Shown here in pieces: positions 1 through 7,917 of a stretch of DNA of 64,000 nt. The number at the start of each line of letters is the position of its first letter. The first letter of the stretch is position 1. The position numbers and the translations under genes are program-made. The stretch comes from a virus, in the IMG/VR virus record IMGVR_UViG_3300006982_000001, positions 1 to 64,000 of that record, one strand, 5' to 3'. The notes beneath the pieces were generated by a model, which was not told where the DNA came from, ran no database searches, and was given only the letters and a program-made list of their open reading frames with translations.

Positions 1-1
1 G

Positions 2-1726
2 TCTGCCGAGGGCAACTCCTACGACGAGAACCGCTCGATGTTTATGGCCTACAACGTCGTCGACACGCAGCTCTGTGTCGCTCTGGACGACGTTCAAGGC
101 ATCTTCGAGTTCTGGTACCAGATCGCAGACATCTGCTCAATCCCACCGTACTCCGTCGGCTCGGAGATGAAGGAGGTCGAGGGGTTCCTGTTCAAGCACC
201 GTTCGCCGAATGAGATCCTGCCGGACACTCCAGAGGATCGAGAGCTGGACGACATCTCTGGCGGCTTCGTGATGCCACCGTCGGATGGGATCAGCGACGG
301 AGTCGGGGTGACTGACCTGAAGTCGCTCTACCCGTCCTCGATTATTACGTGCAATATCAGCGAGGAGACGAAGGTGGACGACCCGGAGGAGGCCGATATC
401 ATCGTCCCCGATATGCCGCTGAACTACGACGAGGTCGACGGCGACGAGATCACGGAGGACGACATCGGGTGGGATATCACGGAGGGCGCGCACGGTTTCA
501 CGCTCGATAAAGAGGGCATCCTGCCGAAGTATATCAAGCTCCTGTTCGACGAGCGAAAGAAGAAGAAGGATCTCCGCGACCAGCACGAGCCGGGATCGGT
601 AGCATACGCTCGTTACGATCTTCAGCAGGGCGCGGTGAAGGTCATTATGAACTCGTTCTTCGGTGTCTCCGACAACGATTACTTCCGCCTGTCCGGCGAC
701 GGGATGGGCGACTCGATCACGGGAGCGTCCCGGTTCGTTCAGTGGTACGGTGTCCAGCGGATCGAGGAGCAGGGCTACGACGTGATCTACGGAGACACGG
801 ACTCACTGATGCTCGAGCTGATCGACGAGGATGAGGAGTTCGTCACGGACGAGGTGATCCAGCGTGGGAAGGATCTGGATGAGAACCTCGTGGAGCTGAT
901 GTCCCCGATCGCCGACGAGTTCGGGATCCCCGAGGATCACCCATACGTGGACGTGGACGAGCTACCTCACGACCGTCTGCCATCGGATGAGAATCACCTG
1001 TGGCAGTACGAGTTCGAGAAGCTCTACCGCCGGTTCTTCCAACCCGGATCGAAGAAGCGATACGCGGGCTGGATCGTCTGGAAGGAGGGCAAGCGAGTCG
1101 ACAAGGTGGACACCGTCGGGATGGAGTCCCAGCGATCTGACTCGCCAGCGCTCGCCAAGAAGGTGCAGACGAAGTTCATCGAGCTGGTGCTCAAATCCGA
1201 GTCCTTCGAGGAGCTCTCGGAGTTCGTCCAAGAACGAGTCGAGGGGATTCGGAACCTCACCTACGGGGTGGACGAGATCGGTGTGCCGAGCACGATCAAC
1301 AAAGATATCGAGAAGTATCCGAACGGGCCGATGCCGAGAGGAGTCAGACACGTAAACGAGTACGTGGACGAGTACCACTGGTCTGTGGGCGATGATCCGT
1401 GGCTGGTGTACGTGGACGGCGTCCCTCAAGGAGTCGGCTCTACGGACGTCTTAGCGCTCCCGTGGACGGCCACAGAGCTGCCCCGTGGGTATGAGCTGGA
1501 CGTCGAGAAGCACGTCGAGAAGGCGATTGAACAGCCGATCCGAGCCATCGTTCAGGAGACTGAATATACGTGGTCCGAGCTGAAGACGGGTCGTAACGAG
1601 CAGTCGGTGCTGGGTGGGTCGGGTGGCGGTGGGACGCCTGACTTCGGGGAGACGACGGTCGAGGAGCCGGACTTCGGTGACGAGGACGACTCGAAGCCTC
1701 AGCAGAACTCGGCCTTCGATTGGTAG
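2..1726 (+). CDS. polB: Family B DNA polymerase, C-terminal ~574 aa (5' end upstream of window)
   Basis: Frame open from nt 2; YNVVDTQL (ExoIII-like), DLKSLYPSSI (motif A), KVIMNSFFGV (motif B), YGDTDS (motif C); C-terminus QNSAFDW. Confidence 0.9.
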   Translation, partial: SAEGNSYDENRSMFMAYNVVDTQLCVALDDVQGIFEFWYQIADICSIPPYSVGSEMKEVEGFLFKHRSPNEILPDTPEDRELDDISGGFVMPPSDGISDGVGVTDLKSLYPSSIITCNISEETKVDDPEEADIIVPDMPLNYDEVDGDEITEDDIGWDITEGAHGFTLDKEGILPKYIKLLFDERKKKKDLRDQHEPGSVAYARYDLQQGAVKVIMNSFFGVSDNDYFRLSGDGMGDSITGASRFVQWYGVQRIEEQGYDVIYGDTDSLMLELIDEDEEFVTDEVIQRGKDLDENLVELMSPIADEFGIPEDHPYVDVDELPHDRLPSDENHLWQYEFEKLYRRFFQPGSKKRYAGWIVWKEGKRVDKVDTVGMESQRSDSPALAKKVQTKFIELVLKSESFEELSEFVQERVEGIRNLTYGVDEIGVPSTINKDIEKYPNGPMPRGVRHVNEYVDEYHWSVGDDPWLVYVDGVPQGVGSTDVLALPWTATELPRGYELDVEKHVEKAIEQPIRAIVQETEYTWSELKTGRNEQSVLGGSGGGGTPDFGETTVEEPDFGDEDDSKPQQNSAFDW

Positions 1727-1741
1727 AGGAGTATCGATACC

Positions 1742-1753
1742 AATAGATTTATA
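1742..1753 (+). promoter_or_regulatory. BRE/TATA promoter core
   Basis: AATAGATTTATA; TATA start 43 nt before ATG 1791; preceded by GTATCGATACC. Confidence 0.7.
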
Positions 1754-1790
1754 TGGGTATCGGCTCTACGAGTAAGTGGAGATAAGAAAG

Positions 1791-1991
1791 ATGCACCTCG
1801 AAATGAATCTGGACGCGACCTGCGACGAGTGCGGCGAAGAAGAAGTCACCTACTACACGAAGGACGAGACGGAGACCATCGACGAGGTCTACGTTCAGTG
1901 CCGCGGATGTGGGTACGAGTACCCGAAGCGCGTCGTGAAGAAGTCCAACGACCGTGACCGTGCCGAGATCGCTCAGGAGATCGTGAACTGA
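1791..1991 (+). CDS. Small zinc-ribbon protein (66 aa)
   Basis: CDECG...CRGCG; conserved leader GTGGAGATAAGAAAG directly before ATG 1791 (ORF-track GTG 1776 lies in the leader). Confidence 0.65.
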   Translation: MHLEMNLDATCDECGEEEVTYYTKDETETIDEVYVQCRGCGYEYPKRVVKKSNDRDRAEIAQEIVN

Positions 1992-2004
1992 TTCAAGCCG
2001 AGTG

Positions 2005-2016
2005 AATAGATTTATA
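2005..2016 (+). promoter_or_regulatory. BRE/TATA promoter core
   Basis: AATAGATTTATA; TATA start 32 nt before ATG 2043 (leaderless spacing). Confidence 0.6.
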
Positions 2017-2042
2017 TCCATCGACGCTCGAGTGTTGAGCGG

Positions 2043-2147
2043 ATGGGAACGAACTGCCCGGACTGCGGACGTCAGCTGAAACGACGCGCTCCGAACTTCT
2101 TGGAGAACGTCCGCCGTCGTGAGATCGAGGACGGAAGAACTAAGTAA
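2043..2147 (+). pseudogene. Truncated zinc-ribbon gene (34 codons), GC-rich 5' remnant of the gene present intact at 2628..2837
   Basis: MGTNCPDCGRQLKRRAPNFLENVRRREIEDGRTK*; 16/24 residues identical to CPECGGSLRKRAPNFIENVKRREV at 2640..2711; terminated by the (TAAN)5 repeat. Confidence 0.55.
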
Positions 2148-2160
2148 GTAACTAACTAAG
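2141..2160. repeat. Tetranucleotide repeat (TAAG/TAAC)x5 giving TAA stops in all three + frames
   Basis: taagtaagtaactaactaag; TAA at 2141, 2145, 2149, 2153, 2157. Confidence 0.9.
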
Positions 2161-2170
2161 TTATCGGTGG

Positions 2171-2290
2171 ATGCCCAAGAACATCAATCTCACTCTGGGC
2201 GATCAAGAGTACGAGGAGCTTAGTGAGTTCAAAGACGACGAGGGTCTGACGTGGAAAGAGGTGCTCAAACGTGGCACAGACTCACAGTAA
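2171..2290 (+). CDS. Ribbon-helix-helix (CopG/Arc-like) small protein, 39 aa
   Basis: MPKNINLTLGDQEYEELSEFKDDEGLTWKEVLKRGTDSQ: beta-strand then two helices; overlaps start of next ORF; similar gene at 7954..8070. Confidence 0.5.
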   Translation: MPKNINLTLGDQEYEELSEFKDDEGLTWKEVLKRGTDSQ

Positions 2291-2837
2291 ATTCACCTGT
2301 CCTGCTTCCGGATGCGAAAAAGAGTTAGCGACTATGCATCGGAATCATTTCAGACACGTACACGGTGCTACTCCGAAGAACTGGGTGGATGATCAAATAG
2401 GCGATGAGATAAGATCGCTCTATGCTGCAGGGCTGGGAACTTTGTCCATCTCCAGAAAGTACGAGTGGCTGACGAAGGATATGGTTTCAGAGTTAGTAGA
2501 CCTCCGGGACTTCGATACAGCGTTATCGGATTTCAACGTCAATCAAAGACGTGAGCACCGTAATCGGTTGTCTAAACAGCAAAGAGGTAGATCAAACAGT
2601 AATTGGAGAGACGATGGAGGAGTTACTATGCCAGATGTAAAATGTCCAGAGTGTGGTGGTTCGTTGCGTAAGAGAGCACCCAATTTCATCGAGAACGTCA
2701 AGAGACGAGAAGTGGGTAATGTACGAGATCGGTTTGTGTGTGAACCGTGTGAGAAGACGTTTTCCAGAGATGAAGTGGTTGTGAATGAGGAGAAAAGTAT
2801 TCAAATGATGGAGTGGATGAGTGATCAAGATGAGTGA
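2271..2837 (+). CDS. C2H2 Zn-finger + HTH homing-endonuclease-like protein without HNH motif, in frame with an intact Zn-ribbon gene copy (internal ATG 2628)
   Basis: CPASGCEKELATMHRNHFRHVH as in the HNH genes at 8063, 9807, 32240, 42116; EIRSLYAAGLGTLSISRKY HTH-like; C-terminal CPECGGSLRKRAPNFIENVKRRE...CEPCEK; GTG start. Confidence 0.55.
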   Translation: MAQTHSKFTCPASGCEKELATMHRNHFRHVHGATPKNWVDDQIGDEIRSLYAAGLGTLSISRKYEWLTKDMVSELVDLRDFDTALSDFNVNQRREHRNRLSKQQRGRSNSNWRDDGGVTMPDVKCPECGGSLRKRAPNFIENVKRREVGNVRDRFVCEPCEKTFSRDEVVVNEEKSIQMMEWMSDQDE

Positions 2838-4050
2838 CAAACCATTAGTTGAGAAGTTTCGTCCGCAAAAATTCGAAGACCTGCAGGGTAATAACTCCGC
2901 GATCAAGTCAATCAGGACGTGGGCTGAGCACTGGGAACGAGGCGACCAGCCTCAGCTCTTGTCCGGTCCGCCCGGTGTCGGAAAGACGTCCACGGCGCAG
3001 GTCGTGGCGAACGAGATGGGCTGGCCGATCACTGAAATCAACGCCTCGGACGCGCGCCGGTCTGATGAGATCGCAGACATCGTGAACGATATGAAGCTGA
3101 CTCCGATCGACGCGGAGCACCAGCTGGTCCTGCTGGATGAGGTGGACTCGCTGCCCGGACGCACGAATCTGACTCCGCTCTACGAGGTTCTGGACGATCC
3201 GCCGAACCCGGTGATGATGGTCTGTAATGAGCCGTGGGACGTCCGATCGGGAATTAAGAGTCGGTCAAAAGAGCACGAGTTCAGCCTCGGTCGCTCATCC
3301 CGTCAGGCGAAGCTCCGGAAGATTGCAAAGGAGGAGGATCTGGATATCGGTGCCGCCAAGATCGGAGAACTGTCCGAGCGTGAGAACCTACGAGACGCGA
3401 TCACAGATCTGCAGATGATGGTCGCCGCTGGTGGTGAAATACTGGAGGACGGTCGAACCTACGAAGATTCACCATTCAGCGCGCTGGACGACATCCGTAT
3501 GGGACGAGGCGTCGACGGTCTGATGGCAGAGACGCCGCCCGATATGCTGATGTGGATGGACTCTGGACTACGCGATCGCTACCGAGGAGTCGAGGCTCAG
3601 GTCGTCTGGGATCTGCTGGCACGATCGGACAAGTGGTGCGCACGCGCGGGTCCGAACAACGACTTCCGATATTGGAAGTACGCCGGCGCTCTGCAGCAGG
3701 AGATAGCCAACGTCCGGCTCACAGATCCTTACGGTGGGTATGTGAACTACGGTGGTCCGACGAGAGTCTACCCACCGAACGCCCAGAGCGACAACGCCGA
3801 GTCCACGCTCTACCGAGAGCTTCAGGGTGAGGACGGACGGTTCGGGATGTCGTGTGAGTTCAACGAGTTCCGCCAGATCTACCTGCCGATGCTGCTGGAT
3901 CTGGACGTCGAGGAACGCTACCAACTCGCAGTTGAATACGACCTCTCGGACAAAGCACAGAAGGCCCTCGACATCGACCCAGACGATCAAGAGGACTGGG
4001 CGACGGAGTCGGGTGAGAAGGTCGAGGAGCAGTCGGTATTTGATTGGTGA
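2830..4050 (+). CDS. RFC-like AAA+ clamp-loader subunit
   Basis: LVEKFRPQKFEDLQGN, Walker A GPPGVGKTS, Walker B LVLLDEVDS; C-terminus EEQSVFDW; ATG 2830 overlaps upstream stop (ATGAGTGA). Confidence 0.85.
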   Translation: MSDKPLVEKFRPQKFEDLQGNNSAIKSIRTWAEHWERGDQPQLLSGPPGVGKTSTAQVVANEMGWPITEINASDARRSDEIADIVNDMKLTPIDAEHQLVLLDEVDSLPGRTNLTPLYEVLDDPPNPVMMVCNEPWDVRSGIKSRSKEHEFSLGRSSRQAKLRKIAKEEDLDIGAAKIGELSERENLRDAITDLQMMVAAGGEILEDGRTYEDSPFSALDDIRMGRGVDGLMAETPPDMLMWMDSGLRDRYRGVEAQVVWDLLARSDKWCARAGPNNDFRYWKYAGALQQEIANVRLTDPYGGYVNYGGPTRVYPPNAQSDNAESTLYRELQGEDGRFGMSCEFNEFRQIYLPMLLDLDVEERYQLAVEYDLSDKAQKALDIDPDDQEDWATESGEKVEEQSVFDW

Positions 4051-4735
4051 TAATATGTACGAACTGATTGACGGAGATATCTTCGATGTTGGCGAGCAGG
4101 TGGTCGGGGAGTACGATATCGATTTGGTGCTTACTGATCCGCCCTATAATATCTCGGGGGATATTGACCTATCTCATTCCGGGATGAACAGTCAGTTTAC
4201 TCAGGACTTCGGTGAGTGGGACCACGATAGCATCGTCCCCGAGATGTGGGTGCCTCTGCTAAATGGTATAGATGGAGCGACTGTTATCTCGTTCTACGAT
4301 AACCGAACGATGGGACGTCTGGTGAGCTGTCTCGCAGAAATACAGATGGATGTCGTTCAGATGGGTTACTGGCTGAAGCCATCCCCCCCGCCGAGGATGG
4401 TCAAGAAAGATCGCTGGATGGATGCTGTAGAGCAGTTCGTGATTGCTTCCGACGATGATGACTGGTTCTTCAACGAAGAACCACCTCAGCAGCAGAATGT
4501 ACTCAGATACCGAAGCCCTCGCGGAGATAAACGCTGTCATCCCAACCAGAAACCCGTAGACTTGTTTGCTGAGATTATTAGATTCTGGTCTGAGCCAGAC
4601 GACGTGGTCTTCGACCCATTTATGGGTTCTGGTACGACGGGAGTCGCTTGTCGTAAAACGGGGAGAGACTTCGTTGGTGTAGAGGTTAACAAAGACTATT
4701 ACGAGCTTGCACAGTCTCGTGTAACAGACGATGTC
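4051..4735 (+). mobile_element. Low-GC methyltransferase gene insertion between the RFC-like gene and its apparently displaced terminal codons
   Basis: RFC ends tcg gta ttt gat tgg tga; MTase ends tct gtg ttc gac tgg tga (same SVFDW*). Confidence 0.4.
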
Positions 4736-4756
4736 AAATCTGTGTTCGACTGGTGA
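4055..4756 (+). CDS. DNA methyltransferase, beta-class N6-adenine/N4-cytosine type
   Basis: DPPYN (motif IV) upstream of FDPFMGSGTTG (motif I), HPNQKPVDL; lower GC than flanks; ends KSVFDW. Confidence 0.85.
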   Translation: MYELIDGDIFDVGEQVVGEYDIDLVLTDPPYNISGDIDLSHSGMNSQFTQDFGEWDHDSIVPEMWVPLLNGIDGATVISFYDNRTMGRLVSCLAEIQMDVVQMGYWLKPSPPPRMVKKDRWMDAVEQFVIASDDDDWFFNEEPPQQQNVLRYRSPRGDKRCHPNQKPVDLFAEIIRFWSEPDDVVFDPFMGSGTTGVACRKTGRDFVGVEVNKDYYELAQSRVTDDVKSVFDW

Positions 4757-4759
4757 ACG

Positions 4760-4915
4760 ATGACTCGAAAGTCCGAGCTACCCGACGTCCCTGATGGCAA
4801 AGTCAGGGTGATCGACGAGGCAGAGCTCGAGGGAGTCACGCTCACAGAGGACGGCTTCGAGCTGGTAATGGACGTCACCGAGCACCATCTGGAGGACAGA
4901 GATGAGTACGTCTGA
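4760..4915 (+). CDS. Hypothetical acidic protein (51 aa)
   Basis: ATG 4 nt after MTase stop; 3' end overlaps ATG 4902; below ORF-track length cutoff. Confidence 0.4.
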   Translation: MTRKSELPDVPDGKVRVIDEAELEGVTLTEDGFELVMDVTEHHLEDRDEYV

Positions 4916-5225
4916 CTACGAGTGGAAGGGACTCCGGAGAGTCAAACCGCACCTGCCCGCGTGGTTGGTCGAGCGACGTCCTTACGACGAATGCCCCCGG
5001 TGCGAGCGCTTTCAGTACCGTCCACTCTACGACGGTCGACTCGAGGAGTCATACGGGAAGTGTAAGCACTGCGAGTTTAAGGACGACTCGATCAGAGTCG
5101 AGCCGGACATCTACGTCCACGACGCGAACAAAGCGATGGGAGATCTGCTCCTCGTGATCCTCGCTCTGGCTGCTCTGATCTTCGTCCTCTGGCTCGGGTG
5201 GCAGGGTGTTCAGGTGATTGTCTGA
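4902..5225 (+). CDS. Zinc-ribbon protein with C-terminal TM helix
   Basis: CPRCE...CKHCE; LLLVILALAALIFVLWLGW. Confidence 0.6.
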   Translation: MSTSDYEWKGLRRVKPHLPAWLVERRPYDECPRCERFQYRPLYDGRLEESYGKCKHCEFKDDSIRVEPDIYVHDANKAMGDLLLVILALAALIFVLWLGWQGVQVIV

Positions 5226-5641
5226 TGAACGAGTGCATCGAGTGTGGTTCGCCTCAGACGATTCCTGTTTGGGAGGACGTCGAGGACGCTGGGGAGACTC
5301 ACCCGGACTACATCGGATGTACGGACTGCTCTACGATGGTGAGGCCTCATCTGGTGCCTGAGGATGAGGAGGACAGATCGTTCGGTCAGGCTCAGCTCAC
5401 CAGTCAAGAGGTGACGCGTCTGAAGACAGGGAATCAGCACTCGAGCGATCTGACGGTGATCGACTGGCAGGTCGTGAAGGCTGCCGCGATCCACTACGGA
5501 GTGAGGGACTGGACGTCGAAGGTCGATGGCTCTCTGACGTCCTCGGAGAACGTGGGGCTGATGGAGGAGTACGGCTCCCGGAACAAAGAGACGTCCCTGC
5601 GGATGCTGAAGTCACCTCGCGAGTACCGTGGCGAGTCGTAG
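5225..5641 (+). CDS. Hypothetical zinc-binding protein
   Basis: MNECIECGS...CTDCS; ATG overlaps upstream TGA (TGATG). Confidence 0.55.
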   Translation: MNECIECGSPQTIPVWEDVEDAGETHPDYIGCTDCSTMVRPHLVPEDEEDRSFGQAQLTSQEVTRLKTGNQHSSDLTVIDWQVVKAAAIHYGVRDWTSKVDGSLTSSENVGLMEEYGSRNKETSLRMLKSPREYRGES

Positions 5642-5656
5642 AGGGATGATGAAATC

Positions 5657-5668
5657 CATAGATTTATA
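5657..5668 (+). promoter_or_regulatory. BRE/TATA promoter core
   Basis: CATAGATTTATA; 43 nt to ATG 5706. Confidence 0.7.
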
Positions 5669-5705
5669 TGGGTAGCGGTATTAGACGTAAGTGGAGATAA
5701 GAAAG

Positions 5706-6191
5706 ATGTCGACCACCCAATCCACCAGCGACCGACAGTACGAGAACGTGACCGAAGCCGAGTTCGACGCGTTTATGGACGACCTCGCGAAGTACGAGAA
5801 GTCCGTCCCCGAGAACGCCCGAGAGATCGTCTACGACATCCCGACGCCGTCCGACACGCTCGTCGTGCGAGTCTGGAGTACCCTCGTCCGAGGGAACAGC
5901 CGAGCGAAGGGTCAGGACGCGATCCGCGCGGTCGTCTGGGACACGGAGGAGGAACAGCCGATCGGTGGCCGTGAGAAGACGCTCCGCCTCGGCCCGACCG
6001 ACAGCAACCCCGAGGGCTGGAAGGGCAACCTGCGCCCGAAGATCGTCGACCTCGTGAGCAGCTGGCGAGACTACGATAAGGAGTGCCCGGAGTGTGGAAA
6101 CCGAATGGCTCTGCGAGAGCCGAGCCGGGGCGACGATTGGGACGCCTTCTGGGGCTGCACCAACTACCCGAACTGCCAGCACTCGGAGTGA
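5706..6191 (+). CDS. DNA-binding protein with C-terminal topoisomerase-type C4 zinc finger
   Basis: CPECGNRMALREPSRGDDWDAFWGCTNYPNCQH; GTGGAGATAAGAAAG leader. Confidence 0.65.
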   Translation: MSTTQSTSDRQYENVTEAEFDAFMDDLAKYEKSVPENAREIVYDIPTPSDTLVVRVWSTLVRGNSRAKGQDAIRAVVWDTEEEQPIGGREKTLRLGPTDSNPEGWKGNLRPKIVDLVSSWRDYDKECPECGNRMALREPSRGDDWDAFWGCTNYPNCQHSE

Positions 6192-6354
6192 CAGAGTGCG
6201 GAGCTGAAGTTTAGGCCCGGTGCCTGATTTCGGTAAGGAAAGCGCGTCGAGCAGGCCGATTCCGTCTCAGAGGCCCGTCTGTTTTTAAGTAGGCTATCTT
6301 CTGGATTCGTTAGCACTAACTCCCGAGTCCGAGTCTGGAGCCGATAGAGAGACA

Positions 6355-6366
6355 TAAAGATTTATA
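6355..6366 (+). promoter_or_regulatory. BRE/TATA promoter core
   Basis: TAAAGATTTATA; 38 nt to ATG 6399. Confidence 0.6.
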
Positions 6367-6398
6367 TCCAAGCGTATCCAAGAGACGAGCGCAGACCG

Positions 6399-6896
6399 AT
6401 GACCGACACAAGAACGCTCCACGTTGAACGGAGCACGAGTACGGCGCACCGACTCCACCACTACGACGGTGTCTGTGGGAACGTCCACGGGCATAATATG
6501 AAGTGGGAAGCAGAGGTCGAGGTGTCGATGGAAGAAGTGGGTGACGACAATATGCCGCTGGATCTGAAAGACGTCAGCAGTCTCATCGACGACACGGATC
6601 ACGCGATCCTTCTGAACGTCAACGACAAGCTGCTGGACGCGCTCGCTGACGAGGTTCTGCTGGATGAGTCCCAGAGCCTCGAGCAGATGCGTCAGAAGGA
6701 TCAGAGCGGCATCTACGTCGACTCAGGGCAGATCCCTCTGCTCGGAGAGGCGTACCTGTTCCACGGCGACCCCACCTGCGAGGTGATGGCTCAGTGGATG
6801 GCTGACCGGATTCAGAACATCGACGCCGTCGTGGACGTGGAGATCATCGTCTACGAGACGGACAAGTACGGGATCGAGACTTCGAGCTGGGGCTGA
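6399..6896 (+). CDS. queD: 6-carboxy-5,6,7,8-tetrahydropterin synthase (QueD, PTPS family)
   Basis: STAHRLHHYDGVCGNVHGHNMKWEAEVEV (CxxxHGH motif), T-fold-like length. Confidence 0.85.
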   Translation: MTDTRTLHVERSTSTAHRLHHYDGVCGNVHGHNMKWEAEVEVSMEEVGDDNMPLDLKDVSSLIDDTDHAILLNVNDKLLDALADEVLLDESQSLEQMRQKDQSGIYVDSGQIPLLGEAYLFHGDPTCEVMAQWMADRIQNIDAVVDVEIIVYETDKYGIETSSWG

Positions 6897-6898
6897 CG

Positions 6899-7129
6899 AT
6901 GGAGACAGACAACGCGGATCCTCTGGGCGAGGCCGTCCGAGATGGTCTGTTCTCCCTCGCGCTCGCCGCTGTCGCAGGGCTGGGCGCGTGGACGCTCCTC
7001 CCACCGATGCCCGGTGGTGAGTGGGCGATGATCATCCGCGGAGTCGTAACGCTCGTGATCGCTGGGATCGTCTTCAGTATCGCGTGGTTCATCACCGTCC
7101 TGCTGACGATGAAGGAGATGGGACTATGA
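6899..7129 (+). CDS. Small membrane protein (2 TM)
   Basis: [18 protein letters not shown] and [21 protein letters not shown]; stop overlaps queE ATG (ATGA). Confidence 0.55.
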   Translation: METDNADPLGEAVRDGLFSLALAAVAGLGAWTLLPPMPGGEWAMIIRGVVTLVIAGIVFSIAWFITVLLTMKEMGL

Positions 7130-7917
7130 CTCAGGTCAAGGTGGCCGAACAGTTCTTCAGCATACAGGGAGAGGGACCGTATGCCGGGACGCCAGCAATC
7201 TTCCTCCGCCTCGCAGGGTGCAATCTCTCCTGCGGGTGGATAGACGATCTGGATGAGTACGAGCCGGGCGACGAGCCGCAGGGAGACGCGACGTGGGTCT
7301 GCGATACGATCGACGTCTGGCGTGATCCCGAGAACACCTACGAGCCGATCGAGCTGGTCGAGGAGTGGGAGGACAGAGGGTGGTTCGACGTCCTCCAGAA
7401 CCGGGATGCGCACATCGTCCTGACCGGTGGCGAGCCGACGCTACCGAGTCACCAGATGGCGTTCTTCGACTTCTACCACACTCTGAAAGACGAGATCGAG
7501 ACGCGTCCCTTCGTGGAGGTGGAGACGAACGGGACGCAAGAGATCACCCCGTCCTTCGGAGCTGTGGTTGATCACTTCAACGTCAGCCTGAAACTCGCGA
7601 ACTCCGGGATGTCCGAGGAGCGTCGGCTTACGGACGCGGTCGATCAGTTCGTGTATATGGGCGAGGACGAGGACGACCAGATCCCGCCCGCCGTGTTCAA
7701 GTTCGTCGTCTCCTCCGAGGGCGATATGCAGGAGATCGACTACCTGATCGACGTCTGCGACATCCCCAGAGAGAAGGTGTCCCTGATGCCTGCCGGGCAG
7801 ACTCAGGAGCAGCTTCGTGAGACCTATCCCGTGGTGGCTGAGATCTGTAAAGTGAGGGGCTTCCGATTCAGCCCACGCCTTCACGTAGACGTCTGGGACG
7901 CTGCTACCGGTGTATAG
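7126..7917 (+). CDS. queE: 7-carboxy-7-deazaguanine synthase (QueE, radical SAM)
   Basis: [28 protein letters not shown]...CDT, LTGGEPT; Cys motif interrupted by 20-aa acidic insert. Confidence 0.85.
   Translation: MTQVKVAEQFFSIQGEGPYAGTPAIFLRLAGCNLSCGWIDDLDEYEPGDEPQGDATWVCDTIDVWRDPENTYEPIELVEEWEDRGWFDVLQNRDAHIVLTGGEPTLPSHQMAFFDFYHTLKDEIETRPFVEVETNGTQEITPSFGAVVDHFNVSLKLANSGMSEERRLTDAVDQFVYMGEDEDDQIPPAVFKFVVSSEGDMQEIDYLIDVCDIPREKVSLMPAGQTQEQLRETYPVVAEICKVRGFRFSPRLHVDVWDAATGV

Larger units (their letters stand above)
2148..2837 (+). mobile_element. Low-GC homing-endonuclease-like cassette (stop-barrier repeat, RHH gene, ZnF-HTH ORF, replacement copy of target gene)
   Basis: Visible drop in GC relative to flanks; duplicated target-gene segment on both sides. 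Confidence 0.5.

Noticed and set aside
1776-1790. MEIRKM / MELRKM N-terminal extensions given by the ORF track at nine genes.
   Set aside because: The (G/A)TGGAG(A/C)TAAGAAAG block is a conserved non-coding leader at a fixed distance from the TATA box. The conserved ATG after it is the more plausible start.
3752-4054. A 101-codon N-terminal extension of the methyltransferase ORF.
   Set aside because: It overlaps the RFC-like gene in another frame with Arg/Ser-rich composition. ATG 4055, just after the RFC stop, precedes the first MTase motif.
6192-6354. A possible gene or ncRNA in the 200-bp gap before queD, including the minus-strand ORF 6164..6355.
   Set aside because: There is no coding bias on either strand. 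Only a T5 stretch (about 6282..6286) and the queD promoter are recognisable, and nothing else is specific enough to call.
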